Assembly: GCF_009914755.1 (NCBI RefSeq)
Contig: NC_060948.1
Source of the DNA: the human T2T-CHM13v2.0 reference genome, Homo sapiens
DNA length: 64,000 nucleotides
Direction: 5' to 3' (one strand)
The notes below the pieces were generated by a model, which was given only the letters and a program-made list of their open reading frames with translations, was not told where the DNA came from and made no database searches. Of this stretch, positions 37,538 to 56,896 are shown one piece after another. Every line of letters starts with the position of its first letter. Position 1 is the first letter of the stretch. The position numbers and the translations under genes are program-made.

Positions 37538-39665
37538 AGATCCATATTTTTTAAAAGAAAAAAAATTTCAAAGGTACTCTGCTTGGCACAATAATCAAAT
37601 GTATAAACTGAGGAATAAAACATAACCATGAAACCTACTTATAACTGTATACGGAAAATACAGAGGATAATTTTTTAAATAACATATTTTGAAAGCCTTA
37701 ACTAGTAATTTGAAGAGTTGGCATTTGAAAGGCCAGTATGAATATACCTTCAAAGCAGCAACACAGGTTCCCCATGAGAAAAAGCAAACTAAGGGAAAAT
37801 AAAACCACAAAGGTTCAATCTCTTCTGACCTTTGAAAGACACAGCACAGACAGTGGTCCTTAGGACGAAGAGCAGGAGACCCCTAATTCCGTCACCATGG
37901 CGATAGGGCATAAACATTGCTGGGTGAGGGCACAATCCACATTGTGAGGTCCAACTGCTGCCAGGAAGACAGGAGTGCTTTTACATAGACCGAAAGGTCA
38001 TTGAAGGCTCAGAGTTTTGTTTCAAGAACTGAATCCCAAGCCCACACGTTATTAGGCTGTGCTTCTTAAAACAAGTTATGAGATGGGAAAAAGGGCACCC
38101 ACAAACATACGTATACATTATGTATATAATAATATACAGTATCATATATGTAATATATATAACCTATGTATAATATTGTTTTACATCCTGCATCTTATAA
38201 TATATATATTGTATAAAATATAATAATTGATAATATATAAGTTTTATATTTATACAATATGACATATAGTATATATTATAATTTATGACATATATAATAT
38301 ATGTTATATATCATATATAGAATATATTATACGGTTAATATACGTATTAAATATAAATTATACTTTATGTATATTATATATAATATATCTGTTATATAAA
38401 ATACCCATTATGCATAATATATATGTTATGTCTATGTTATATATAGTATAAAACAACATATAATAATATATAATTGTATATATAAAATGCGACATATAAT
38501 ATATATTATATTTTGTGACATATGTAAAATATATTATATATTATATATAATACGTTGTATGTATAATACCTATATTAAATATATATTATATGACTATGTT
38601 ATTAATTACATGTCACATATGTTATATATTATATATTTTACATAGAATATACCGGTTACATACAATATATACTATGTTACCTATAATGTATAATTGATTA
38701 CATGTAAAATAAAGAATGCAATATATTATGTATAATTTATAATATACAATATGTGGAATGTGATATATATAACATATAATGTATGATATAAGATATACAG
38801 TATATGATATATAACATACAATATATGATACCTAATATATATGGTATACAATATATATTTTATGATATGTATTCTATATGTTTTATATTCTGTTATATAT
38901 AACTATTTGAAATTATATATAACTGTATAATATTTTATGTAAATATGTAATATAATATTTATAACCATATAATATATTATATATAACTATATATTATGTT
39001 ATATATACTTTTATAACATAATTTACATAAAATATCATAATATAATATATATTATATTATTTCATATTACATAATATATATTACATATCACCCAATATAA
39101 TTAACATACATAATATTATAATATAGATTATATTATGTTATATTAAATATCATATATATCATGTATCATATATTCTATAATATATATTATACATTATATA
39201 ATATGTATGTTGTCTATTATGTGATATATATAACTATATATATAATTATATTACTATACATATAACTAGATAAACATGTAATTCGACATATTTTCATTTA
39301 TAATATATAGAATTATATAATCATATATAATTATTTATATTCTATAAAAAATTATATCATTATATAAATTATAATATATAAAAATTATAACATGTACTAC
39401 AAATATATATATTATATATCATATATGATATAGCACCTTTGTTATATATCATAATACATACAAATGTGTATTATGTTATCTATAATTGTAAAATTTCATA
39501 TATAAGATGTATAATGTGTATTATATATTATATATGTTATGTAATATATGTAGTATATATAAGATGACACAGGATAAATATTATATACTATGACATATAA
39601 AATATATGAGGTTATATGTTACGTATAAGGCATAGCACATAACACGTAATATATATCATATATAA

Positions 39666-39957
<292 letters not shown>

Positions 39958-42085
39958 AGATCCATATTTTTTAAAAGAAAAAAAATTTCAAAGGTACTCT
40001 GCTTGGTACAATAATCAAATGTATAAACTGAGGAATAAAACATAACCATGAAACCTACTTATAACTGTATACGGAAAATACAGAGGATAATTTTTTAAAT
40101 AACATATTTTGAAAGCCTTAACTAGTAATTTGAAGAGTTGGCATTTGAAAGGCCAGTATGAATATACCTTCAAAGCAGCAACACAGGTTCCCCATGAGAA
40201 AAAGCAAACTCAGGGAAAATAAAACCACAAAGGTTCAATCTCTTCTGACCTTTGAAAGACACAGCACAGACAGTGGTCCTTAGGACGAAGAGCAGGAGAC
40301 CCCTAATTCCGTCACCATGGCGATAGGGCATAAACATTGCTGGGTGAGGGCACAATCCACATTGTGAGGTCCAACTGCTGCCAGGAAGACAGGAGTGCTT
40401 TTACATAGACCGAAAGGTCATTGAAGGCTCAGAGTTTTGTTTCAAGAACTGAATCCCAAGCCCACACGTTATTAGGCTGCGCTTCTTAAAACAAGTTATG
40501 AGATGGGAAAAAGGGCACCCACAAACATACGTATACATTATGTATATAATAATATACAGTATCATATATATAATATATATAACCTATGTATAATATTGTT
40601 TTACATCCTGCATCTTATGTTATATATATTGTATAAAATATAACAATTGATAATATATAAGTTTTATATTTATACAATATGACATATAGTATATATTATA
40701 ATTTATGACATATATAATATATGTTATATATCATATATAGAATATATTATACGGTTAATATACGTATTAAATATAAATTATACTTTATGTATATTATATA
40801 TAATATATCTGTTATATAAAATACCCATTATGCATAATATATATGTTATGTCTATGTTATATATAGTATAAAACAACATATAATAATATATAATTGTATA
40901 TATAAAATGCGACATATAATATATATTATATTTTGTGACATATGTAAAATATATTATATATTATATATAATACGTTGTATGTATAATACCTATATTAAAT
41001 ATATATTATATGACTATGTTATTAATTACATGTCACATATGTTATATATTATATATTTTACATAGAATATACCGGTTACATACAATATATACTATGTTAC
41101 CTATAATGTATAATTGATTACATGTAAAATAAAGAATGCAATATATTATGTATAATTTATAATATACAATATGTGGAATGTGATATATATAACATATAAT
41201 GTATGATATAAGATATACAGTATATGATATATAACATACAATATATGATACCTAATATATATGGTATACAATATATATTTTATGATATGTATTCTATATG
41301 TTTTATATTCTGTTATATATAACTATTTGAAATTATATATAACTGTATAATATTTTATGTAAATATGTAATATAATATTTATAACCATATAATATATTAT
41401 ATATAACTATATATTATGTTATATATACTTTTATAACATAATTTACATAAAATATCATAATATAATATATATTATATTATTTCATATTACATAATATATA
41501 TTACATATCACCCAATATAATTAACATACATAATATTATAATATAGATTATATTATGTTATATTAAATATCATATATATCATGTATCATATATTCTATAA
41601 TATATATTATACATTATATAATATGTATGTTGTCTATTATGTGATATATATAACTATATATATAATTATATTATTATACATATAACTAGATAAACATGTA
41701 ATTCGACATATTTTCATTTATAATATATAGAATTATATAATCATATATAATTATTTATATTCTATAAAAAATTATATCATTATATAAATTATAATATATA
41801 AAAATTATAACATGTACTACAAATATATATATTATATATCATATATGATATAGCACCTTTGTTATATATCATAATACATACAAATGTGTATTATGTTATC
41901 TATAATTGTAAAATTTCATATATAAGATGTATAATGTGTATTATATATTATATATGTTATGTAATATATGTAGTATATATAAGATGACACAGGATAAATA
42001 TTATATACTATGACATATAAAATATATGAGGTTATATGTTACGTATAAGGCATAGCACATAACACGTAATATATATCATATATAA

Positions 42086-42377
<292 letters not shown>

Positions 42378-44505
42378 AGATCCATATTTTTTAAAAGAAA
42401 AAAAATTTCAAAGGTACTCTGCTTGGTACAATAATCAAATGTATAAACTGAGGAATAAAACATAACCATGAAACCTACTTATAACTGTATACGGAAAATA
42501 CAGAGGATAATTTTTTAAATAACATATTTTGAAAGCCTTAACTAGTAATTTGAAGAGTTGGCATTTGAAAGGCCAGTATGAATATACCTTCAAAGCAGCA
42601 ACACAGGTTCCCCATGAGAAAAAGCAAACTCAGGGAAAATAAAACCACAAAGGTTCAATCTCTTCTGACCTTTGAAAGACACAGCACAGACAGTGGTCCT
42701 TAGGACGAAGAGCAGGAGACCCCTAATTCCGTCACCATGGCGATAGGGCATAAACATTGCTGGGTGAGGGCACAATCCACATTGTGAGGTCCAACTGCTG
42801 CCAGGAAGACAGGAGTGCTTTTACATAGACCGAAAGGTCATTGAAGGCTCAGAGTTTTGTTTCAAGAACTGAATCCCAAGCCCACACGTTATTAGGCTGC
42901 GCTTCTTAAAACAAGTTATGAGATGGGAAAAAGGGCACCCACAAACATACGTATACATTATGTATATAATAATATACAGTATCATATATATAATATATAT
43001 AACCTATGTATAATATTGTTTTACATCCTGCATCTTATAATATATATATTGTATAAAATATAATAATTGATAATATATAAGTTTTATATTTATACAATAT
43101 GACATATAGTATATATTATAATTTATGACATATATAATATATGTTATATATCATATATAGAATATATTATACGGTTAATATACGTATTAAATATAAATTA
43201 TACTTTATATATATTATATATAATATATCTGTTATATAAAATACCCATTATGCATAATATATATGTTATGTCTATGTTATATATAGTATAAAACAACATA
43301 TAATAATATATAATTGTATATATAAAATGCGACATATAATATATATTATATTTTGTGACATATGTAATATATATTATATATTATATATAATACGTTGTAT
43401 GTATAATACCTATATTAAATATATATTATATGACTATGTTATTAATTACATGTCACATATGTTATATATTATATATTTTACATAGAATATACCGGTTACA
43501 TACAATATATACTATGTTACCTATAATGTATAATTGATTACATGTAAAATAAAGAATGCAATATATTATGTATAATTTATAATATACAATATGTGGAATG
43601 TGATATATATAACATATAATGTATGATATAAGATATACAGTATATGATATATAATATACAATATATGATACCTAATATATATGGTATACAATATATATTT
43701 TATGATATGTATTCTATATGTTTTATATTCTGTTATATATAACTATTTGAAATTATATATAACTGTATAATATTTTATGTAAATATGTAATATAATATTT
43801 ATAACCATATAATATATTATATATAACTATATATTATGTTATATATACTTTTATAACATAATTTACATAAAATATCATAATATAATATATATTATATTAT
43901 TTCATATTACATAATATATATTACATATCACCCAATATAATTAACATACATAATATTATAATATAGATTATATTATGTTATATTAAATATCATATATATC
44001 ATGTATCATATATTCTATAATATATATTATACATTATATAATATGTATGTTGTCTATTATGTGATATATATAACTATATATATAATTATATTATTATACA
44101 TATAACTAGATAAACATGTAATTCGACATATTTTCATTTATAATATATAGAATTATATAATCATATATAATTATTTATATTCTATAAAAAATTATATCAT
44201 TATATAAATTATAATATATAAAAATTATAACATGTACTACAAATATATATATTATATATCATATATGATATAGCACCTTTGTTATATATCATAATACATA
44301 CAAATGTGTATTATGTTATCTATAATTGTAAAATTTCATATATAAGATGTATAATGTGTATTATATATTATATATGTTATGTAATATATGTAGTATATAT
44401 AAGATGACACAGGATAAATATTATATACTATGACATATAAAATATATGAGGTTATATGTTACGTATAAGGCATAGCACATAACACGTAATATATATCATA
44501 TATAA

Positions 44506-44797
<292 letters not shown>

Positions 44798-46925
44798 AGA
44801 TCCATATTTTTTAAAAGAAAAAAAATTTCAAAGGTACTCTGCTTGGTACAATAATCAAATGTATAAACTGAGGAATAAAACATAACCATGAAACCTACTT
44901 ATAACTGTATACGGAAAATACAGAGGATAATTTTTTAAATAACATATTTTGAAAGCCTTAACTAGTAATTTGAAGAGTTGGCATTTGAAAGGCCAGTATG
45001 AATATACCTTCAAAGCAGCAACACAGGTTCCCCATGAGAAAAAGCAAACTCAGGGAAAATAAAACCACAAAGGTTCAATCTCTTCTAACCTTTGAAAGAC
45101 ACAGCACAGACAGTGGTCCTTAGGACGAAGAGCAGGAGACCCCTAATTCCGTCACCATGGCGATAGGGCATAAACATTGCTGGGTGAGGGCACAATCCAC
45201 ATTGTGAGGTCCAACTGCTGCCAGGAAGACAGGAGTGCTTTTACATAGACCGAAAGGTCATTGAAGGCTCAGAGTTTTGTTTCAAGAACTGAATCCCAAG
45301 CCCACACGTTATTAGGCTGCGCTTCTTAAAACAAGTTATGAGATGGGAAAAAGGGCACCCACAAACATACGTATACATTATGTATATAATAATATACAGT
45401 ATCATATATATAATATATATAACCTATGTATAATATTGTTTTACATCCTGCATCTTATAATATATATATTGTATAAAATATAATAATTGATAATATATAA
45501 GTTTTATATTTATACAATATGACATATAGTATATATTATAATTTATGACATATATAATATATGTTATATATCATATATAGAATATATTATACGGTTAATA
45601 TACGTATTAAATATAAATTATACTTTATATATATTATATATAATATATCTGTTATATAAAATACCCATTATGCATAATATATATGTTATGTCTATGTTAT
45701 ATATAGTATAAAACAACATATAATAATATATAATTGTATATATAAAATGCGACATATAATATATATTATATTTTGTGACATATGTAATATATATTATATA
45801 TTATATATAATACGTTGTATGTATAATACCTATATTAAATATATATTATATGACTATGTTATTAATTACATGTCACATATGTTATATATTATATATTTTA
45901 CATAGAATATACCGGTTACATACAATATATACTATGTTACCTATAATGTATAATTTATTACATGTAAAATAAAGAATGCAATATATTATGTATAATTTAT
46001 AATATACAATATGTGGAATGTGATATATATAACACATAATATATGATATAAGATATACAGTATATGATATATAACATACAATATATGATACCTAATATAT
46101 ATGGTATACAATATATATTTTATGATATGTATTCTATATGTTTTATATTCTGTTATATATAACTATTTGAAATTATATATAACTGTATAATATTTTATGT
46201 AAATATGTAATATAATATATATAACCATATAATATATTATATATAACTATATATTATGTTATATATACTTTTATAACATAATTTACATAAAATATCATAA
46301 TATAATATATATTATATTATTTCATATTACATAATATATATTACATATCACCCAATATAATTAACATACATAATATTATAATATAGATTATATTATGTTA
46401 TATTAAATATCATATATATCATGTATCATATATTCTATAATATATATTATACATTATATAATATGTATGTTGTCTATTATGTGATATATATAACTATATA
46501 TATAATTATATTATTATACATATAACTAGATAAACATGTAATTCGACATATTTTCATTTATAATATATAGAATTATATAATCATATATAATTATTTATAT
46601 TCTATAAAAAATTATATCATTATAAAAATTATAATATATAAAAATTATAACATGTACTACAAAAATATATGTTATATATCATATATGATATAGCACCTTT
46701 GTTATATATCATAATACATACAAATGTGTATTATGTTATCTATAATTGTAAAATTTCATATATAAGATGTATAATGTGTATTATATATTATATATGTTAT
46801 GTAATATATGTAGTATATATAAGATGACACAGGATAAATATTATATACTATGACATATAAAATATATGAGGTTATATGTTACGTATAAGGCATAGCACAT
46901 AACACGTAATATATATCATATATAA

Positions 46926-47217
<292 letters not shown>

Positions 47218-49345
47218 AGATCCATATTTTTTAAAAGAAAAAAAATTTCAAAGGTACTCTGCTTGGTACAATAATCAAATGTATAAACTGAGGAATAAAA
47301 CATAACCATGAAACCTACTTATAACTGTATACGGAAAATACAGAGGATAATTTTTTAAATAACATATTTTGAAAGCCTTAACTAGTAATTTGAAGAGTTG
47401 GCATTTGAAAGGCCAGTATGAATATACCTTCAAAGCAGCAACACAGGTTCCCCATGAGAAAAAGCAAACTCAGGGAAAATAAAACCACAAAGGTTCCATC
47501 TCTTCTGACCTTTGAAAGACACAGCACAGACAGTGGTCCTTAGGACGAAGAGCAGGAGACCCCTAATTCCGTCACCATGGCGATAGGGCATAAACATTGC
47601 TGGGTGAGGGCACAATCCACATTGTGAGGTCCAACTGCTGCCAGGAAGACAGGAGTGCTTTTACATAGACCGAAAGGTCATTGAAGGCTCAGAGTTTTGT
47701 TTCAAGAACTGAATCCCAAGCCCACACGTTATTAGGCTGCGCTTCTTAAAACAAGTTATGAGATGGGAAAAAGGGCACCCACAAACATACGTATACATTA
47801 TGTATATAATAATATACAGTATCATATATATAATATATATAACCTATGTATAATATTGTTTTACATCCTGCATCTTATAATATATATATTGTATAAAATA
47901 TAATAATTGATAATATATAAGTTTTATATTTATACAATATGACATATAGTATATATTATAATTTATGACATATATAATATATGTTATATATCATATATAG
48001 AATATATTATACGGTTAATATACGTATTAAATATAAATTATACTTTATGTATATTATATATAATATATCTGTTATATAAAATACCCATTATGCATAATAT
48101 ATATGTTATGTCTATGTTATATATAGTATAAAACAACATATAATAATATATAATTGTATATATAAAATGCGACATATAATATATATTATATTTTGTGACA
48201 TATGTAAAATATATTATATATTATATATAATACGTTGTATGTATAATACCTATATTAAATATATATTATATGACTATGTTATTAATTACATGTCACATAT
48301 GTTATATATTATATATTTTACATAGAATATACCGGTTACATACAATATATACTATGTTACCTATAATGTATAATTGATTACATGTAAAATAAAGAATGCA
48401 ATATATTATGTATAATTTATAATATACAATATGTGGAATGTGATATATATAACATATAATGTATGATATAAGATATACAGTATATGATATATAACATACA
48501 ATATATGATACCTAATATATATGGTATACAATATATATTTTATGATATGTATTCTATATGTTTTATATTCTGTTATATATAACTATTTGAAATTATATAT
48601 AACTGTATAATATTTTATGTAAATATGTAATATAATATTTATAACCATATAATATATTATATATAACTATATATTATGTTATATATACTTTTATAACATA
48701 ATTTACATAAAATATCATAATATAATATATATTATATTATTTCATATTACATAATATATATTACATATCACCCAATATAATTAACATACATAATATTATA
48801 ATATAGATTATATTATGTTATATTAAATATCATATATATCATGTATCATATATTCTATAATATATATTATACATTATATAATATGTATGTTGTCTATTAT
48901 GTGATATATATAACTATATATATAATTATATTATTATACATATAACTAGATAAACGTGTAATTCGACATATTTTCATTTATAATATATAGAATTATATAA
49001 TCATATATAATTATTTATATTCTATAAAAAATTATATCATTATATAAATTATAATATATAAAAATTATAACATGTACTACAAATATATATATTATATATC
49101 ATATATGATATAGCACCTTTGTTATATATCATAATACATACAAATGTGTATTATGTTATCTATAATTGTAAAATTTCATATATAAGATGTATAATGTGTA
49201 TTATATATTATATATGTTATGTAATATATGTAGTATATATAAGATGACACAGGATAAATATTATATACTATGACATATAAAATATATGAGGTTATATGTT
49301 ACGTATAAGGCATAGCACATAACACGTAATATATATCATATATAA

Positions 49346-49637
<292 letters not shown>

Positions 49638-51765
49638 AGATCCATATTTTTTAAAAGAAAAAAAATTTCAAAGGTACTCTGCTTGGTACAATAATCAAAT
49701 GTATAAACTGAGGAATAAAACATAACCATGAAACCTACTTATAACTGTATACGGAAAATACAGAGGATAATTTTTTAAATAACATATTTTGAAAGCCTTA
49801 ACTAGTAATTTGAAGAGTTGGCATTTGAAAGGCCAGTATGAATATACCTTCAAAGCAGCAACACAGGTTCCCCATGAGAAAAAGCAAACTCAGGGAAAAT
49901 AAAACCACAAAGGTTCAATCTCTTCTGACCTTTGAAAGACACAGCACAGACAGTGGTCCTTAGGACGAAGAGCAGGAGACCCCTAATTCCGTCACCATGG
50001 CGATAGGGCATAAACATTGCTGGGTGAGGGCACAATCCACATTGTGAGGTCCAACTGCTGCCAGGAAGACAGGAGTGCTTTTACATAGACCGAAAGGTCA
50101 TTGAAGGCTCAGAGTTTTGTTTCAAGAACTGAATCCCAAGCCCACACGTTATTAGGCTGCGCTTCTTAAAACAAGTTATGAGATGGGAAAAAGGGCACCC
50201 ACAAACATACGTATACATTATGTATATAATAATATACAGTATCATATATATAATATATATAACCTATGTATAATATTGTTTTACATCCTGCATCTTATAA
50301 TATATATATTGTATAAAATATAATAATTGATAATATATAAGTTTTATATTTATACAATATGACATATAGTATATATTATAATTTATGACATATATAATAT
50401 ATGTTATATATCATATATAGAATATATTATACGGTTAATATACGTATTAAATATAAATTATACTTTATATATATTATATATAATATATCTGTTATATAAA
50501 ATACCCATTATGCATAATATATATGTTATGTCTATGTTATATATAGTATAAAACAACATATAATAATATATAATTGTATATATAAAATGCGACATATAAT
50601 ATATATTATATTTTGTGACATATGTAATATATATTATATATTATATATAATACGTTGTATGTATAATACCTATATTAAATATATATTATATGACTATGTT
50701 ATTAAATACATGTCACATATGTTATATATTATATATTTTACATAGAATATACCGGTTACATACAATATATACTATGTTACCTATAATGTATAATTTATTA
50801 CATGTAAAATAAAGAATGCAATATATTATGTATAATTTATAATATACAATATGTGGAATGTGATATATATAACACATAATATATGATATAAGATATACAG
50901 TATATGATATATAACATACAATATATGATACCTAATATATATGGTATACAATATATATTTTATGATATGTATTCTATATGTTTTATATTCTGTTATATAT
51001 AACTATTTGAAATTATATATAACTGTATAATATTTTATGTAAATATGTAATATAATATATATAACCATATAATATATTATATATAACTATATATTATGTT
51101 ATATATACTTTTATAACATAATTTACATAAAATATCATAATATAATATATATTATATTATTTCATATTACATAATATATATTACATATCACCCAATATAA
51201 TTAACATACATAATATTATAATATAGATTATATTATGTTATATTAAATATCATATATATCATGTATCATATATTCTATAATATATATTATACATTATATA
51301 ATATGTATGTTGTCTATTATGTGATATATATAACTATATATATAATTATATTATTATACATATAACTAGATAAACATGTAATTCGACATATTTTCATTTA
51401 TAATATATAGAATTATATAATCATATATAATTATTTATATTCTATAAAAAATTATATCATTATAAAAATTATAATATATAAAAATTATAACATGTACTAC
51501 AAATATATATATTATATATCATATATGATATAGCACCTTTGTTATATATCATAATACATACAAATGTGTATTATGTTATCTATAATTGTAAAATTTCATA
51601 TATAAGATGTATAATGTGTATTATATATTATATATGTTATGTAATATATGTAGTATATATAAGATGACACAGGATAAATATTATATACTATGACATATAA
51701 AATATATGAGGTTATATGTTACGTATAAGGCATAGCACATAACACGTAATATATATCATATATAA

Positions 51766-52057
<292 letters not shown>

Positions 52058-54185
52058 AGATCCATATTTTTTAAAAGAAAAAAAATTTCAAAGGTACTCT
52101 GCTTGGTACAATAATCAAATGTATAAACTGAGGAATAAAACATAACCATGAAACCTACTTATAACTGTATACGGAAAATACAGAGGATAATTTTTTAAAT
52201 AACATATTTTGAAAGCCTTAACTAGTAATTTGAAGAGTTGGCATTTGAAAGGCCAGTATGAATATACCTTCAAAGCAGCAACACAGGTTCCCCATGAGAA
52301 AAAGCAAACTCAGGGAAAATAAAACCACAAAGGTTCCATCTCTTCTGACCTTTGAAAGACACAGCACAGACAGTGGTCCTTAGGACGAAGAGCAGGAGAC
52401 CCCTAATTCCGTCACCATGGCGATAGGGCATAAACATTGCTGGGTGAGGGCACAATCCACATTGTGAGGTCCAACTGCTGCCAGGAAGACAGGAGTGCTT
52501 TTACATAGACCGAAAGGTCATTGAAGGCTCAGAGTTTTGTTTCAAGAACTGAATCCCAAGCCCACACGTTATTAGGCTGCGCTTCTTAAAACAAGTTATG
52601 AGATGGGAAAAAGGGCACCCACAAACATACGTATACATTATGTATATAATAATATACAGTATCATATATATAATATATATAACCTATGTATAATATTGTT
52701 TTACATCCTGCATCTTATAATATATATATTGTATAAAATATAATAATTGATAATATATAAGTTTTATATTTATACAATATGACATATAGTATATATTATA
52801 ATTTATGACATATATAATATATGTTATATATCATATATAGAATATATTATACGGTTAATATACGTATTAAATATAAATTATACTTTATATATATTATATA
52901 TAATATATCTGTTATATAAAATACCCATTATGCATAATATATATGTTATGTCTATGTTATATATAGTATAAAACAACATATAATAATATATAATTGTATA
53001 TATAAAATGCGACATATAATATATATTATATTTTGTGACATATGTAATATATGTTATATATTATATATAATACGTTGTATGTATAATACCTATATTAAAT
53101 ATATATTATATGACTATGTTATTAATTACATGTCACATATGTTATATATTATATATTTTACATAGAATATACCGGTTACATACAATATATACTATGTTAC
53201 CTATAATGTATAATTTATTACATGTAAAATAAAGAATGCAATATATTATGTATAATTTATAATATACAATATGTGGAATGTGATATATATAACACATAAT
53301 ATATGATATAAGATATACAGTATATGATATATAACATACAATATATGATACCTAATATATATGGTATACAATATATATTTTATGATATGTATTCTATATG
53401 TTTTATATTCTGTTATATATAACTATTTGAAATTATATATAACTGTATAATATTTTATGTAAATATGTAATATAATATATATAACCATATAATATATTAT
53501 ATATAACTATATATTATGTTATATATACTTTTATAACATAATTTACATAAAATATCATAATATAATATATATTATATTATTTCATATTACATAATATATA
53601 TTACATATCACCCAATATAATTAACATACACAATATTATAATATAGATTATATTATGTTATATTAAATATCATATATATCATGTATCATATATTCTATAA
53701 TATATATTATACATTATATAATATGTATGTTGTCTATTATGTGATATATATAACTATATATATAATTATATTATTATACATATAACTAGATAAACATGTA
53801 ATTCGACATATTTTCATTTATAATATATAGAATTATATAATCATATATAATTATTTATATTCTATAAAAAATTATATCATTATATAAATTATAATATATA
53901 AAAATTATAACATGTACTACAAATATATATATTATATATCATATATGATATAGCACCTTTGTTATATATCATAATACATACAAATGTGTATTATGTTATC
54001 TATAATTGTAAAATTTCATATATAAGATGTATAATGTGTATTATATATTATATATGTTATGTAATATATGTAGTATATATAAGATGACACAGGATAAATA
54101 TTATATACTATGACATATAAAATATATGAGGTTATATGTTACGTATAAGGCATAGCACATAACACGTAATATATATCATATATAA

Positions 54186-54477
<292 letters not shown>

Positions 54478-56605
54478 AGATCCATATTTTTTAAAAGAAA
54501 AAAAATTTCAAAGGTACTCTGCTTGGTACAATAATCAAATGTATAAACTGAGGAATAAAACATAACCATGAAACCTACTTATAACTGTATACGGAAAATA
54601 CAGAGGATAATTTTTTAAATAACATATTTTGAAAGCCTTAACTAGTAATTTGAAGAGTTGGCATTTGAAAGGCCAGTATGAATATACCTTCAAAGCAGCA
54701 ACACAGGTTCCCCATGAGAAAAAGCAAACTCAGGGAAAATAAAACCACAAAGGTTCCATCTCTTCTGACCTTTGAAAGACACAGCACAGACAGTGGTCCT
54801 TAGGACGAAGAGCAGGAGACCCCTAATTCCGTCACCATGGCGATAGGGCATAAACATTGCTGGGTGAGGGCACAATCCACATTGTGAGGTCCAACTGCTG
54901 CCAGGAAGACAGGAGTGCTTTTACATAGACCGAAAGGTCATTGAAGGCTCAGAGTTTTGTTTCAAGAACTGAATCCCAAGCCCACACGTTATTAGGCTGC
55001 GCTTCTTAAAACAAGTTATGAGATGGGAAAAAGGGCACCCACAAACATACGTATACATTATGTATATAATAATATACAGTATCATATATATAATATATAT
55101 AACCTATGTATAATATTGTTTTACATCCTGCATCTTATAATATATATATTGTATAAAATATAATAATTGATAATATATAAGTTTTATATTTATACAATAT
55201 GACATATAGTATATATTATAATTTATGACATATATAATATATGTTATATATCATATATAGAATATATTATACGGTTAATATACGTATTAAATATAAATTA
55301 TACTTTATATATATTATATATAATATATCTGTTATATAAAATACCCATTATGCATAATATATATGTTATGTCTATGTTATATATAGTATAAAACAACATA
55401 TAATAATATATAATTGTATATATAAAATGCGACATATAATATATATTATATTTTGTGACATATGTAATATATATTATATATTATATATAATACGTTGTAT
55501 GTATAATACCTATATTAAATATATATTATATGACTATGTTATTAATTACATGTCACATATGTTATATATTATATATTTTACATAGAATATACCGGTTACA
55601 TACAATATATACTATGTTACCTATAATGTATAATTTATTACATGTAAAATAAAGAATGCAATATATTATGTATAATTTATAATATACAATATGTGGAATG
55701 TGATATATATAACATATAATGTATGATATAAGATATACAGTATATGATATATAACATACAATATATGATACCTAATATATATGGTATACAATATATATTT
55801 TATGATATGTATTCTATATGTTTTATATTCTGTTATATATAACTATTTGAAATTATATATAACTGTATAATATTTTATGTAAATATATAATATAATATAT
55901 ATAACCATATAATATATTATATATAACTATATATTATGTTATATATACTTTTATAACATAATTTACATAAAATATCATAATATAATATATATTATATTAT
56001 TTCATATTACATAATATATATTACATATCACCCAATATAATTAACATACATAATATTATAATATAGATTATATTATGTTATATTAAATATCATATATATC
56101 ATGTATCATATATTCTATAATATATATTATACATTATATAATATGTATGTTGTCTATTATGTAATATATATAACTATATATATAATTATATTATTATACA
56201 TATAACTAGATAAACATGTAATTCTACATATTTTCATTTATAATATATAGAATTATATAATCATATATAATTATTTATATTCTATAAAAAATTATATCAT
56301 TATATAAATTATAATATATAAAAATTATAACATGTACTACAAATATATATATTATATATCATATATGATATAGCACCTTTGTTGTATATCATAATACATA
56401 TAAATGTGTATTATGTTATCTATAATTATAAAATTTCATATATAAGATGTATAATGTGTATTATATATTATATATGTTATGTAATATATGTAGTATATAT
56501 AAGAAGACACAGGATAAATATTATATACTATGACATATAAAATATATGAGGTTATATGTTACATATAAAGCATAGCACATAACACGTAATATATATCATA
56601 TATAA

Positions 56606-56896
56606 TTTTTTTTAGACAGAGTCTTGTCCTGTTGCACAGGGTGGAGTAAAATGACGCCATGTTTGCTCACTGCAACATCTGCATCACGGGTCCAAGCGAT
56701 TGTCCTCCCTCAGCCTCCCAGGTAGCTGGGACTACACCACACTGGGTCTACACCAGCTGCCACCATACCTAGCTAATTTTTTGGGATTTTATTAATGACA
56801 GCGTTTCACTGTATTGGCCAGGATGGTCTTGATCTCTTCACCTTGTGATCCCCTTGCCTTGGCCTCCAAATTTGCTGGGATTACAGGCCTGAGCCA
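56606..56896 (-). mobile_element. Alu (unit 24; counterpart of unit 10)
   Basis: Same T8 tail and private substitutions as unit 10. Confidence 0.93.
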
